DNA from: Eledone cirrhosa
Lineage: Eukaryota
Assembly: GCA_964016885.1 (NCBI GenBank)
Contig: OZ024742.1
Location: 182,714,001 to 182,778,000 of the forward strand
DNA length: 64,000 nucleotides
Reading direction: 5' to 3'
This document shows positions 1 to 13,704 of the stretch, in pieces. The translations under genes and the position numbers were made by a program. Every line of letters starts with the position of its first letter. Position 1 is the stretch's first letter. Under the pieces are notes generated by a model. The model had not been told where the DNA came from. It saw only the letters and a list, made by a program, of their open reading frames with translations, and ran no database searches.

Positions 1-1578
1 TGATGACAATATCTCGTTCTCTGGAACTGAAAATCTTGGATCCAAGAGATCGCCCAGAGAGCCATAACAACTTCTTGTACATGAGGGTGCTCCAACTGTG
101 GTTGTTGTTAAGCTCAGTTGAGACAGGGTGTGTGATATAGACACATGCAGAGTACACACACACACACACATACAGACACATACACACACATACACACACA
201 AACACCATATATATATATATATATATATATTATTCAGTTGATGAAAGTTGGTTGATCATATAATCCGCGGACTTTTTCGTAAACAGACGTAAAGCACTCA
301 ACGATTTGTATTCCTTAGGATTTTCTCGGTTAGGTATCGAGCGGAGTTTTAATATAATATATAATAGAAACGGTTTTATTTGTACAACTTCATTTTATTA
401 TATCATTCTATTATAAGTGTATATATATATATATATTTATATATATAAAGACAGCTTTCGATCACGAATGACCATGGGTTTTGCACCAAGAAAGTTCCCC
501 TCCAGCATCCCTCTCTTGACACCGCTAATGTTGTCCAAGAGAAAGGCAAAGGCCAATGCAGCTTAGCACCAATGACGGTGAAACACATTTCTACAGCTGA
601 GTGAACTGGTGCTACGTGAACTACGTTGTTATGCGTTTCGTTAACTTCAGAAAGAGACTGTTTCTTTAATGAAAAACTGGAACACTCATTGTGGAAATCG
701 ACTGAGGTCCAACACATACACTTTTGTCTCTATGTATCACTTCGGGTGTATTAAATACGAATTCTAATTGTATTGTGTACTAAATTAGTTATGCTGGCTG
801 TCTTCGCATCACTTCCACGTGAATTTGCCGATATATCCAGATGCAATGCAACGCAAGTTGACCTTAACTCCTAATTGAGTCGTATGGGTGTCGTCGGGAC
901 ATTCAGCATGACTTGTGCATTTAAATCTGATGGAGCTCATCCCTCTCCAGATCAGATTTAGTCGATTTCTTACAGAAAAATAGAGAGCAGTAGGGAAGTA
1001 AGAAGGAGATATACGGGAAGAATAAACCCTGGTACTGGACTGCTGCTCTATTTATCGAACTCAACTGGATGAAAGGCAAAGTTGAGCTCAGTGGGATTTG
1101 AAACCCATAGTGCTGAACCGGAACAAATACTCTAAACATTCTATCCGACGGTCTAACAACTGTACCACTTCGACATTTTACATATGAAGATATATATTAT
1201 ATCGACATACTAACAGAGATATCATATATTTCATCACATTCATATATCAAATAGATATATGACAGACATTAAGTCTGTTGTTTTCAATCTATATCGACTG
1301 TGCAGCAATCGGAAATACGTTGTACAACTGTCGTCTTATATTCAAAATAAAGTGTACTATTGATCATCAACAGTATGATATACAGTATGATATATGTAGT
1401 AATATTAATGTCTATCTGTGGGGGAAGTTTAACGATGGAAAGGTGCAGGGAGAAATCACTGTGAGATAGGATACGTTCTTAACTCGGTTGATAAACAGTC
1501 CTTTTTACTGTTGTTCATAGTGTTGTTGTTGCTACTGCTGTTGTCGTTGTTGCTGTTGTTATTATTATTGTTATTATT

Positions 1579-1770
1579 GGTGGATTGGCAGTTTCGGTAG
1601 AGAGTCGGACGCCATGCTTTCCAGCATAGTTACGTCCCTTTACAGTCTGAGTTCAAATCCAGCCGAGGTTAACTTTGCCTTTCATCCTTACGGGGTCGAT
1701 AAAATAAAGTACCAGTAATACACTGGGTAATTGCTGGCCTTGTGCCAAAAGTAGAAACAATTATTATTAT
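1579..1770 (+). mobile_element. tRNA-derived SINE, family A (about 185 bp)
   Basis: A-box-like TGGCAGTTTCGGTAG, B-box GAGTTCAAATCC, body GCCTTTCATCCTTACGGGGTCGATAAAATAAAGTACCAG, tail GGCCTTGTGCCAAAAGTAGAAACAA(TTA)n; more than 10 near-identical copies in the window. Confidence 0.9.
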
Positions 1771-1775
1771 TGTTG

Positions 1776-1970
1776 TTGGCAGTATTGGTAGAGCGTCGGA
1801 CACCATGCTTTGCAGCACAGAGTTATGGCCCTTCACGTTCTGAGTTCAAATCCCTCCGAAGTTAGCTTTGTCTTTCATCCTTTCGGGGTCGATAAAATAA
1901 AGTACAAGTAATGCACTGTGATAATTGCTGGCCTTGTGCCAAAAGTAGGAACAATTATTATTATTATTAT
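1776..1970 (+). mobile_element. tRNA-derived SINE, family A (tandem neighbour)
   Basis: Same head/body/tail as 1579-1770; followed by (TTA)/(TTG) microsatellite. Confidence 0.9.
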
Positions 1971-2490
1971 TGTTGTTGTTGCTGTTACTATTTTTGTTGT
2001 TGTCAATGTTGCTGCTATTGTTGCTGTTGTTGCTGTTATTATAGTTGCTTTTCTATTTCCTGGTATTGTTGCTGTTGTTGTTGCGGTGGTTGCTGCTGTT
2101 ACTTTTATTACTTTTTCTATTGCTGTTGTTGTTGTTGTTGTTTTTATTCCCATTTCATCGTTGATTGAGCAGGCCTATGTTTGCATTCCACGCTTGCTCA
2201 CACCAAGTGTGTGTATTATGTGTGAGTCTGTGTGTGTGTGCGCGCAAGTGCGCGTGTATGTGTGTGTATGTTTGGGTGTTCATGAATGTGCGAATGACTC
2301 TGTATGTGTGAATGTGTGAATGACTCTCTGTGTTCATGTATGTGTGGGTTCTTGTACGTGTCCGTTTTCCTGCGTGTTTGTGGATGTCTTTTCATGTGTG
2401 TCTGTGTGTGTTGTATGTGTATGTGTCTGTGTGAGTGCATGTGTGTATGTCTGTCTAGCTGTCTATGTCTTTCAGATGCTATATTGTCGT

Positions 2491-2677
2491 GGTGGATTGG
2501 CAGTATCGGTAGAGGGTCGGATGCCATGCTTTGACGCATAGAGTTACGCCCCTTGCCATTCTGAGTTCAAATCCCGCCGAGGTTAACTTTGCCTTTCATC
2601 CTTACGGGGTCGATAAAATAAAGTACCTGTAATGTACTGGTAATTGCTGGCCTTGTGCCAAAAGTAGAAACAATTAT
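2491..2677 (+). mobile_element. tRNA-derived SINE, family A
   Basis: Full-length match to the family consensus seen in the window. Confidence 0.9.
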
Positions 2678-4403
2678 TTACGTATCTAAGCGGATTTGAA
2701 GTTATTTCTATTCTATTCCAATCAGGTAGACAGGTCACGTTTCGGATTCTTTCGGGAGCTCCAGTAGTTATTGTCGTCTTTTAACCTCAGATAGGCCTTG
2801 ATAGAACAGCCTCAGCAATAATAAAAGGCCATTCCAGACATGGGCATACCATCTTGTTGCAGTGATGTTAGTGGGGGTTAATTCCCAACATTATCCTGTA
2901 TGGACCTTAATAGGGTTTCTGAGAGATTTAGCTAATTCTAGCTGGTAGAGTGATCCCCCTTTCGTAACCATTAATTTGATTCGCAATAGAGAGTTTGAGA
3001 GTTCAATTCCTGTTCCAGGCGATGCCTTGTCTTGTTGTGTAAGACACTTTACTTCAAGGTGCTATTTCTGACAGAAGTTGCGACCGGTAGATAGCATCAA
3101 CAATCGAAATTTGCGTAACTGGTGCTGTATTTTATCGACCCTGTAAGGAAGAGAGGTAAAGCTAACCTGTGGGGCTGCTCTTTATTTTGCACGCACTCTC
3201 CGTTAGTGGTTTGATGTCCAATGTACAGGATGTTGGCTGAGTCGTTGAGGTTCATATGAATGGCCACAAGAGTCCCTAACTTTACGCGATACGATTTTTT
3301 CCTGTAAGGGAAGTTTAAAGCTCAAAATCGAAGACTCTGACTGAATTGGAGTGACGCATTCACCATGTATTGAGCAACAACATACAGACTGAGTTTCTGA
3401 TAAAGTCAGTCGAGAATATACCCAGATGATTACAAACACTGACAGACAACTCTGGTGTATATGTAGAATTTTAACACTCTACTTCTATCATTATCTGTTC
3501 AAAATAATTAATAAACTTATTAACAATTTTAAAATAGGAAGTTTCTTTTCACCCACCATGTATATATACGCAAATACACACAAATAAGAAATTTTGAAGC
3601 CGTATATAATAGGGAAAATTAAAAGTAGAAAATATCTAGTTTCTTTCATAATTAATCATTCTTATTTTGTTAAAAGTGAGGCGGAATTATTGTAGCATAG
3701 ATTGACTTCACATTACTTCATAGATTTGAATAACAATTAACTCTATTTTTTCTTATATATTATAAAAATTATATGTATAGAAAAGAATGCATAAGAGAAA
3801 CGTAAGAGAAACACGAACATAAACATAAAGATAATTCCCGCTCGTCGACTGTCTTCTGCGGATCACTGATGTTTAGAACGCATTAAAGACAACACATTTC
3901 ACCACGGTGCGTTGATAACTAAGAGGGGTCGTTATCCAGGAAAAAAAAAAAAAAAAAAAAAAAAAACACAGACTATATCGAACAGAACGACAAAGAAAAC
4001 GTCATGCCGATGGAGAAGGGGAAACCTGAGACAGTAGTACATGTAATTTGCAGTAAGTAGAGGAAGAGAGGGAGAAGTTAATACGGAGACCGAACGTAAG
4101 TCCTGAACCCGTACTAACAGTACGAGGGAGAGCGAAGAAAAAAAGGTCTGATCATAGGGAGGACAGGCGCAAAGAGGAAAAGACGAAGGAAAACGGAAGT
4201 GAAAGGGGGGGGGATAAGGGAGAAGAGAGGGGGAGAAAGGAGATAGATGGTAAGAGAGAAAGAGAATAAGTGAGTGGGAGAGAGAAAGGGAGAGAAAGGA
4301 AGAAGGAAAAGAGTTAATCCAAATTGGCTGAACTTAAGTTCAAAACCGAATTAACAACAAGCGAGATAGGGAAGATTGAACAGAGTCACAGCAATAAATT
4401 AAT

Positions 4404-4474
4404 TGTTTCTACTTTAGGCACAAGGCCAGCAATTACCCAGTGCATTACTGGTACTTTATTTTATCGACCCCGTA
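4404..4474 (-). mobile_element. 5'-truncated SINE A with 14-bp TSD
   Basis: 3' part of SINE A flanked by AGCAATAAATTAAT at 4390-4403 and 4475-4488. Confidence 0.85.
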
Positions 4475-4497
4475 AGCAATAAATTAATATGAATTAG

Positions 4498-4531
<34 letters not shown>

Positions 4532-4584
4532 AAATACCAGTGTGTTTATTCGTATTTGATACAACCATATAGTTACTTCTTGCT

Positions 4585-4670
<86 letters not shown>

Positions 4671-5090
4671 TAGACGCTTGAAATCTTTTTTTAAATCTGC
4701 ACAAATCACGTTATATAGGAATTATAATGTTAATGATAATATATCTATAACTTATTTTCTTTTCGTGTATATATAATAAAAAGCATGTGTATATAATTGT
4801 TTCTACTTTAGGCACAAGGCCAGACTTGTGTATATAATAAAAAGCAGTATGTATGCTATCAAATCCTGTATTATAATTGTTCACATAAACTCTCACACAC
4901 AGATACTTCACGAGAATAGGTGAAAGAACGAGTGTGATCGTATTTGTAGTTATTCTGAAAACACGTTGTTAATCGTTGACTGTGTACGAGATATTCTCAT
5001 TTGCATGTGTTTGTCTATATGTATACATACATACCTACATGCTTACATACACACACACAAACACACACATATATATATATATATATATAT

Positions 5091-5337
5091 TACAAGTAAG
5101 TATGTTTTGAAACAGTGAGCAGGTTTGAAATTAGAAAATAGAATAGCTTTCACCATATTTTTGACTAAAGGAATTTTAGCCTGATGATGGGGTTTAGAAC
5201 CCTCAGATAAATGGAAAAAGATGAGTATTGACGTACATGTACGTCAATACTCATCTTTTTCCATTTATCTGAGGGTTCTAAACCCCATCATCAGGCTAAA
5301 ATTCCTTTAGTCAAAAATACGGTGAAAGCTATTCTAT
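5091..5337. repeat. (TA)n-embedded fold-back element: 47-bp tail + 200-bp palindrome
   Basis: 5138-5337 is a loop-less palindrome centred at 5237/5238 with one mismatch; CTGATGA in the arm, GAAAC in the tail; (TA)n on both sides. Confidence 0.85.
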
Positions 5338-5450
5338 ATATATATATATATATCATATATATCATATATATATATAGTAAAAAATTGAACGGTAACAAAA
5401 CAGAGAGGCAGTACGAACAAAGGTTTATTAGTTTCACGCTCTTGAGAGTG

Positions 5451-5492
<42 letters not shown>

Positions 5493-5949
5493 TATGTATA
5501 AGTGTATTGGTGTGTGTGTGTATTAATAAGACATTGGTGTGTGCGTATTAATGTCATCAATCTTTATTAATTCTAACTGCGATGATGTGGTTTTCGATAT
5601 TATGGTGTTGCTGCCACATATCTACACGCCAGTAGAACCATTCACACAATGTCTAATCGAAGACTAATCGAATCTGAATGTTAATTAAAGGCTGTTCTAA
5701 TGTTGTTAGGAAGCAGCCGTGATAATCAAATATTGACCAGAATCTATCCACTCCACAACGATTGGCTATAGTTTCTGTTATCAGTCTTAAATTTAACAAG
5801 TTTTACTTCGTTTGCCTTTATTAAATCCTTATATATATATATATGCACACACACACACACACATATATATATATAAGTATATATAAATACATGTTTAATA
5901 TGTGTATATATTCATATACGTATATATGAATATATATATATATATATGA

Positions 5950-5979
<30 letters not shown>

Positions 5980-5980
<1 letters not shown>

Positions 5981-6370
5981 ATGAAGCATGACTTAGTTGT
6001 TAGGCTGCTAAGCTTACGATCGTTGAGCAAGCCATTTTATTTCATGTCGTTCTAGTCCAATCAGCTTGAAAAAACGCCATTCAAAGGACTACCCATATCA
6101 GATTCTATAATGCTTAAATCGCCCACGACATATGTTAAGGGCACATATATCTGTGGAATGGCCAACCGCATAAAATAAAAGGAGGACTATACATGTAAAA
6201 GAGGGGACCAGCCTTGCCACACGGTGTGTCATAATGAACGTCTCTGAGAATTACGATAAGGGAACACCTGTCACTGAAACGGTCAGCCACCAACACATTA
6301 GTTCCATGGACAGATTGATCCTTTAGTCAAACAACTGACACATCACTCATCGAAACTGACGAAGGTTCAA
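5980..6370 (+). mobile_element. Degenerate tRNA-SINE, family B
   Basis: Diverged similarity to the reverse complement of 24820-25100 (TTGAGCAAG..TTTATTTCA..CAGCT, CTCTGAGAATTACGATAAGGG). Confidence 0.55.
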
Positions 6371-7057
6371 CATTCAACATATATATCCATATGTGTGCGT
6401 GTGTGTGTGTTTTTCCTGTGTTTGTGTCTGTCTTGTTTTCTTTATTCTATTAAATTTCATGATTATATATTTCTTTTTTCTGACACTTCATTTATTAAAT
6501 TACTAGATATAGTTAACTAGGTCATATGTATGTATGAACACATACAAACACACGCCCACATAAGCACACACATACACAAACACAAACAAACACACACACA
6601 TATGTATTTATTCTTTTATATAAACACACATGCAGGCAAATACGATATATGAGCTAGCGACGGGGCCTCTACGTGATGGTATTGACTTGTTAGAAATAGC
6701 GACCAAATTCGCGTAAACCACACTCTACGCTCTTTAAATAGAAGTATCTAATGGACAATGCATTGCTAGATGTACAAAAAGACGAGCTGGTCATGACTGC
6801 TACGATTTTACACATAGGTCTGCTGAATAGTAGTGGAACTAGGGGTAAACAGCAGTAAGATGTGTGTGTGTGTATATTTATATATATAAATAAATAAATA
6901 TAATATCGGAGAAAGCTTTTTAGCGATACTCCGGCCAAATTCCAACTCACTCAACAAACTTTAGGAAGTAAGTGATTATATTCCCAATTATGCGTTCGGG
7001 GTGCTAACTAAAAGTATTGCGTGGAAAATTGGCTGTACTATTTTATATGAGACATAT

Positions 7058-7189
<132 letters not shown>

Positions 7190-7404
7190 CAGAGTTTACT
7201 AAAGTCACTGATGTTATTTCAGCGATCTCAATAGATCGACAAGGTTGCAATAGTGAAATTCCATCTCGATGCTCATATTGCACACATATTAGATGATGCC
7301 CAATACAATGCATCGGTCGTTGGAGTCTGCATACTATAGATATTAAAAATAAAATACGAAGGGTAGTGGCCAAGAAGGAGTGTTTTTACCTTTCATTATC
7401 ACCA

Positions 7405-7585
7405 TGGATTGGCAGTATCGGTAGATGGTCGGACGCCATGCTTTCCAGCATAGTTACGCCCCTTTACGATCTGAGTTCAAATCCCGCCGAGGTTGACTTT
7501 GCCTTTCATCCTTACGGGGTCGATAAAATAAAGTACCAGTAATGCACTGGGTAATTGCTGACCTTGTGCCTAACGTAGAAACAAT
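7405..7585 (+). mobile_element. tRNA-derived SINE A with 12-bp TSD
   Basis: Full copy; ATTATCACCATG at 7395-7406 and 7584-7595. Confidence 0.92.
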
Positions 7586-7934
7586 TATCACCATGCCCAT
7601 AGTTTTGAAGTTGATCGATGCATATACACATGAACACATATAGACAACGGGTATGTAATATTTTAAGGCGACTGACCGAAGCCTCAGCAGTGCATCAAGA
7701 TTCCACAAACCCGAGCACTCGAAACTCTCGAAGATGGTAGAAAAAAAAGCATATATATATAAAGAGAGAGAGAGAAACACACAAACGTCATGTGTGAAGC
7801 TGTAATTTTTGAACTTACTAACCGCCAAAGAAGTAAAGTTCAAGCGTAGAAAATGACTGCAATTACAGTCAGTTGCTACAAAATAGCGTATTAAAATCTG
7901 GTAGGTAAAGACGCTAAGAGACGCAAAACATGTT

Positions 7935-9350
7935 GTCAGTGGCCGCTACGAAGAATCGAACTGTGAGATACGGAATTCAATTCTTCGTAGCGGCTCCTGA
8001 CATCTTTTCCGTCTCTTAGTGCCTTTACTCGATTTTTATAAGCTATTTTATAGCAACTGGCTGTAATTACGATTAGGCGGTAATATATGTCGGACGCAAT
8101 ATATGCGTTCGCCCCCTCCTCTCGATCTTTCAGGGACAGATTTCTCACGGCCCGTTTCTGGGAGAGAGTGGCCACCATGCTCGTTCCCTTATCCCAGTTC
8201 TTATTCATCTGGAGAACCGACCCAAACAAAACCCCGAGCAACTTCACTGGTCTGACGACACTGTTGAATGGCATGGATTTACCTCTCCAGGTGCCAACTT
8301 TTCCGGAATGATCTTTGCTCCCGTCAACCTTTCATATTCCTTTAAGAAGTTGCCGACCACCTCGATTTCCAAGGTGTTCTACACCATCACGAACGTTGTC
8401 CGTAAATGCTGACGCAGCTCTTTCGCTTCCCTGTTCGAGCCGGATCCTTGCAACAGTTCCACCTTCTACAGTAATGGATGGGGAGTCAATACGTACAAAA
8501 GGGTGGAGAGAGGTGATCCTTTACGGACCAAGCGCTTGATCTGGAACGGTTCCGATAGGTGGCCGTTGACTTTGACCACTGAGCTGATGCCGCTGTGTAT
8601 TGCAGTGATCCAGCCTCTAAAGACGGAACCGAAGCCAGCTGCCTTAAGGACACCCTTAAGGTATCGATGGTCAACCCTAGTGAAAGCTTTCGATAGATAC
8701 GAATTGGTTAGAGCCGCACCGAAACCAGGTTCACACTCTACCCTCTATATGATGTATTGCATAAAGAGGTTATCGTGTATGGACCTGGTCAGGATTACAT
8801 ACGTCTGTACCTTCCCTACCAAACACTTGACGATAAGTGCCAGCCTCATTGCTAACATCTTAAACTGTGTTCAGCAGAGTTATAGGACGTAAATTATCTA
8901 TAACGGCCCACTTGTTTTCGTCTTTCCCCATCAGCGTTGTTACATCACGACTCACACAACTGGGAATTCTCCCGTTCTGCTGCCAGTTGCAGTAAACAGT
9001 TGCAAAAACATCAGAGAACACGTCTAAGATGTCAATGTATAATTCATAGGGCAGACTATCTAAACCGGATGATTTGCGTATCCTGGCTATTGTTATCGGC
9101 TTTTCGCAGCACTACGCATCAGTCTCCGTGAGTCACGGCAGATCAACAAGGTAGGATCTATAGTCTGATACCGCCTCCAACTCCTCGCTCACCCCAAACA
9201 GTTTGGCAAAGTGCTGGCGAAAAGCCGCACACATCTTCTTTGAATCGAGCTCTGACAATGCAGCCTTCGTGTTTCGCATTAACGAAATGGTATAGTCCCA
9301 CCCTCACGGCTATCATATCAGTTGCCATGCCAGTCCTCTTCTAATTTAGC
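7935..9350 (-). pseudogene. Decayed L1/Tx1-clade LINE reverse transcriptase
   Basis: Minus-strand translation gives SKAFTRVDHRYL..GFG..WI..VKVNGHLSEPF.I..VRKGSPLS.LLY, AFTDNV (degenerate YADD) and PVKLLGVLFG..KNW..LSL..R; many stops and frameshifts. Confidence 0.8.
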
Positions 9351-9521
9351 TACAAATCTCCCTTCCTTTCTATTTTACCTATCGTTACTTCTTTACTAAA
9401 TGCTATTTTTTTCTACTCTATTCGCTCTTTTGAGAGTGCCCAACCACCCATTGTTGACGACTGTCCCTGTCAACTGGTGTTTAACTCATGTAATAATTCG
9501 TCTTGAGAAAATTTGGCCAGC

Positions 9522-9566
<45 letters not shown>

Positions 9567-9568
<2 letters not shown>

Positions 9569-9739
9569 CGAAGGAAATGTGGTAAGGAACCAGGTGAACC
9601 ATAACGCACCAAAGTACTCAATACTTAGGGTAGTAGAGTGGGTAATAGGAACGAGTAGGACCCCGACGGCTGAGCTCAAGCCGTTTCGACGGCTAATTCT
9701 GGACTAAAAAAAAAGCCGTCGGGATCCTACTCGTCCCTA
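9567..9739. mobile_element. (TA)n-embedded tail + fold-back element, family H, copy 1
   Basis: Shares about 110 bp with 14642-14808 and 32230-32390; arm starting at 9646 is inverted at 9714-9739. Confidence 0.85.
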
Positions 9740-9787
<48 letters not shown>

Positions 9788-9788
<1 letters not shown>

Positions 9789-10663
9789 CCTGTTGAGGGT
9801 CTTTGCCACAAGTGACGTCAGTGAGATCCCCCTGTAGTTGTTGGTGTTAGAGAGATCTCAGTTCTTTGGCACTGGGACGATGTTAAGGCGAAAAAGATAT
9901 CGGATGCTGAATTTGCCGACGACATATTTTTAGTGACAAATACAGTGAAGGAGGCAGAGGATTTGATGCAGGAAGTTGAGACTGTGTCGGTGAGAGTGGG
10001 GCTGAAAATGAATGAGACTAAGACAAAATGTCTGGTAGAGGATGTTGAGAAGCCAGAGGGGATTACTAATCTAGGCGGGAAGCCGCTGGAATTACTTGAT
10101 GACTTCCTGTATTTGGGAGCAAAGATTGGGAATACGGAAGATGATGTGGTTGAGAGGAGGAGCAAAGCCTGGGCGGCGTGCCACAGTTTGAGATTGGTGT
10201 GGAAGTCGGACCTTCGTAAAGACCTGAAGATCCGCCTCTTCATTGCTGTAGTGGAGTATGTGTTGCTGTACGGGTCTGAGACTTGGACACTGATCAAGAA
10301 ACTCACTCAGATGGTGGATGGGTGCTATACGAGAATGCTGAGGATGGCTCTGAACATTAATCAGTATACACTGAAGGTGAAACACTCAGAGCTGTATGGG
10401 AGCCTCGCAAAAGTCAGCTCAAAGGTGACACAGAGGAGACTGAGGTTAGCTGGACATGCTCACCGACATCCAGAGTTGACACTGCACTCAGTGCTCCTGT
10501 GGGAGCCCCTGCATGGACACGCTGGAAGAGGAAGACCAAGGTTAACGTGCGTTGATGCCCTAAGGACAGACACTGGTCTGTTGGAGACGCAGGACATGGC
10601 AACGATAATGAGGGACAGAGATCGCTGGAGATAACTCGTCCTGGATCTCGGGAATTTTACCCG

Positions 10664-10667
<4 letters not shown>
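9788..10667 (+). pseudogene. 5'-truncated RTE/RTEX-type LINE (RT C-terminal half) with inverted 5' segment
   Basis: + strand EFADDI..GLKMNETKTK..FLYLG..VLLYGSETWTL..RLRLAGH..GRGRP (ORF 9933-10634); 9788-9883 reads IVPVPKN*DLSNTNNYRGISLTSLVAKTLNR on the minus strand. Confidence 0.88.
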
Positions 10668-10697
<30 letters not shown>

Positions 10698-10701
<4 letters not shown>

Positions 10702-11137
10702 AATGAGTTATATGCTTTGCTGATGAATATTCATCAGAGTTAAATTTATAACAAATATGAAGCACTCTATAATAAAATTTATCTGGAGTATTGTAATATT
10801 AATATTAAAAATATTAATAACTGGAAAATATCTTTATAACAACATATTTATTTCATTATACATATTTCAAGGATACTAGATTATAGTATGCTTTCTTCAG
10901 ATAAAATACAATATTTGGTGTTAAGATATTGACATTACAATGTAAGCCAACAACGGGCAGCCCATTGCTGGCTTAGTTGTAATGTCAAGTTCTGGTTATG
11001 TCAATATCTTAACACCAAATATTGTATTTTATCTGAAGAAAGCATACTATAATCTAGTATCCTTGAAATATGTATAATGAAATAAATATGTTGTTATAAA
11101 GATATTTTCCATTTCTTACTATATTTAATATTAATAT
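10698..11137. repeat. (TA)n-embedded tail + long fold-back with nested hairpin
   Basis: 114-bp inverted arms 10822-10935 / 10998-11111; alternative inner hairpin 10929-10988; CTGAAGA-stem-GAAA motif in the arm. Confidence 0.85.
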
Positions 11138-13519
11138 ATATATATATATGGGGGGGGGGGGGTCGTTATATAATATTGGTAGTGTGCACATTCGTACGTT
11201 GCGTGATTGATAAGATGAAGTAACAGTCAAGAACTGAAGTTGATTTTATTAAGGTCCCCCATTTCAAATTGCTGGCATTGTGCCTTTGTTTGAAACCATT
11301 ATTAATGCTGCTGACGTCGACTTTGGCTTTCAGCCTTCATGGTCGACAAAATACAATGCCAATCACGTCCAGGTGTCCACGTAATCGGCACTCTCGTCTT
11401 CACAATCTTTGACCTTGTGCCTAAAGTAAAAATCGTTATAATAATTAGTATTAGGTTTGTTGTTGTTATTATAGCGATTGGTAATTTTTATGTTAGTATT
11501 TTATGTTAGTATCAGTTTCTCTTGCTTGCACTGCACTGCCACGAGCAGTCCACGTGCATTAGCTACATGCAGAATTCTGTTTTGGTTTTCTTTATATGCA
11601 GTGCATGAGAGTGAAATTGTATCTATACTGTGCACATTTGAAAGTTCTGGGGTGAGAGGAATCTTTTTTTAAGTAACGTGTTATTATAGTTTTCCTTTTC
11701 TGTTTTCATTTCCCGTGTTCTAATTAATTTAGTCACCGTTGTGAAAATCTTGAGGATTTTCAGACGGCAGCTTATCCTGGTTTCGTGTGGTGTTAAAGAA
11801 TTACTTCGTAAAGTGAACGAAAAGCTGTTGCTAGAACTCATATGAGGCTATATTGGTTGCTATTTCCTGTAAATATAGCTACTTTACATGGGCTCACCCA
11901 ATAGCACCTTTTCTGATGTTTATCAATGTGAGGTTGAGTATTTTATCATGAAAGTATGTAGCGAAGAGAGTAGGAAGCAATATTAAGGGCAATGATAGTT
12001 AGAATGCATATCTTCTTTGGGTTTTTTTTAATATATATTATATATCTCATGAATATAAACACATGTATAACACTTATCATCTCAATGTTTATTCACATGT
12101 ACATGATGTGCTATTACAGTAAGAAAGTAGATACATATCTAAAATCGTTATCTTAATATCCAGTCTTCTTGCATTTGGTTTATCTGCTGAAATATACATG
12201 ATTCATTCTTAATCACGTTTATCTTATGTAAGCTTTGCCGTGCCTGTCGTCATATGTGTTCATCATTGCTGTTGGCACTAACATGTGATAACAGCATATT
12301 TCGACTAAAACAATCATATGCGTATAGATATCGATTACATTAAGATGTATGAAATTAGTAATCATATTTAATACTGATCAATACATATTAGTCTATTTAA
12401 TGTATCTTAAGTTATTTAATCTAAGCAGCAGAAATATATTCATATGTTACAGATATTTCTCAAAGATAATGCATCAAAATGCTGAGAAAGAAGACGGTTT
12501 CATTCATCTGAAATTGACTGAATCCCCATTCCGATATCATTTCTCTGCTTGATTGATGAGTTCAATTATCTTCAAACTCAATTAATTGTAATTTTTAGTG
12601 TTTAACTTACATTCCTAAATAGGAAAGTATAATTAATTTATTTCCATTTTCGTAAATATCAGTTTTCGAATTTAGCACAAAGTCAAATATAGTTGAATGT
12701 AAGACTCACCTCATTACATAGCTGGTACATTTTCAACCTCGAAAGCATAAAAACCAAACACTGGTAGGTATAACGTCTCGGCTTAATCACGTATGTTTAC
12801 TGTAAGGCATTTAATCACGTCATTCAATTTATGAGTAAATCTTATAATGATTTTAATGCGTTGAAATCTATGTATGTGAAGTAATGTACAAATTCATGCC
12901 TCCCCTACCTTGTGTATTCGCACCATCAGTAAGGACAGAAAATATAATTATCGTTCTTAAGTATTATATTAAATAAAACGCAAAATCAAATATGTCACTG
13001 CGGACTCATATAATTCATATTAATTTTATCTTATTTACTAAAAGCGATTCGTTACACATCGTCCTCCACGAATCGAAGCTACGGAGTATGCTAAAGTCCG
13101 TAAGAAAATAGCTTTTATTTAAAGGTCAGTACCTGTTCGAATCCCATTAGAGGAGATTCACTGAACTATTTTAATTATGTTTCTGCTTATCACGCCAGTT
13201 ATAATCACTCCCAGAATTTATATGTATCCCAACACTGCTTACGGAATTTATATGTATCCCAACATCACTTACGGGTTACTAGTTGTTAGAAATAAACGTT
13301 GTTGTATTAAGTTAAATATACAGCAAAATATTGCTTTTTCTTCTCATACAGTTGTTTGCATTGATACATAAATCAGGAAACGCTCGTGTACACACACATC
13401 CACTCATACATATATACATGCATACATACATACATACATTCATGCATACATACACACATATGTATCATAAACAATAGCAATAAATTATATAGAGTTTGAT
13501 ATTTCTGTGAGTATATATA

Positions 13520-13704
13520 ATTGTTCCTACTTTTGGCACAAGGCCAGCAATTATCCCAGTGTATTACTGGTACTTTATTTTATCGACCCCGTAAGGATGA
13601 AAGGCAAAGTTAACCTCGGCGGGATTTGAACTCAGAATGGCAAGGGCCGTAACTCTTTACTGCAAAGCATGGCGTCAGACCCTCTACCGATACTGCCATC
13701 CACC
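13520..13704 (-). mobile_element. tRNA-derived SINE A with 13-bp TSD
   Basis: Full copy; GAGTATATATAAT (13509-13521) and GAGTATCTATAAT (13705-13717). Confidence 0.9.

Noticed and set aside
1875-2319. Cys-rich or hydrophobic membrane-like ORFs (also 46884-47137)
   Set aside because: Trinucleotide simple repeats following SINE tails
11602-11651. Possible plus-strand 50-nt exon
   Set aside because: Splice-like signals only; no recognisable peptide or partner exons
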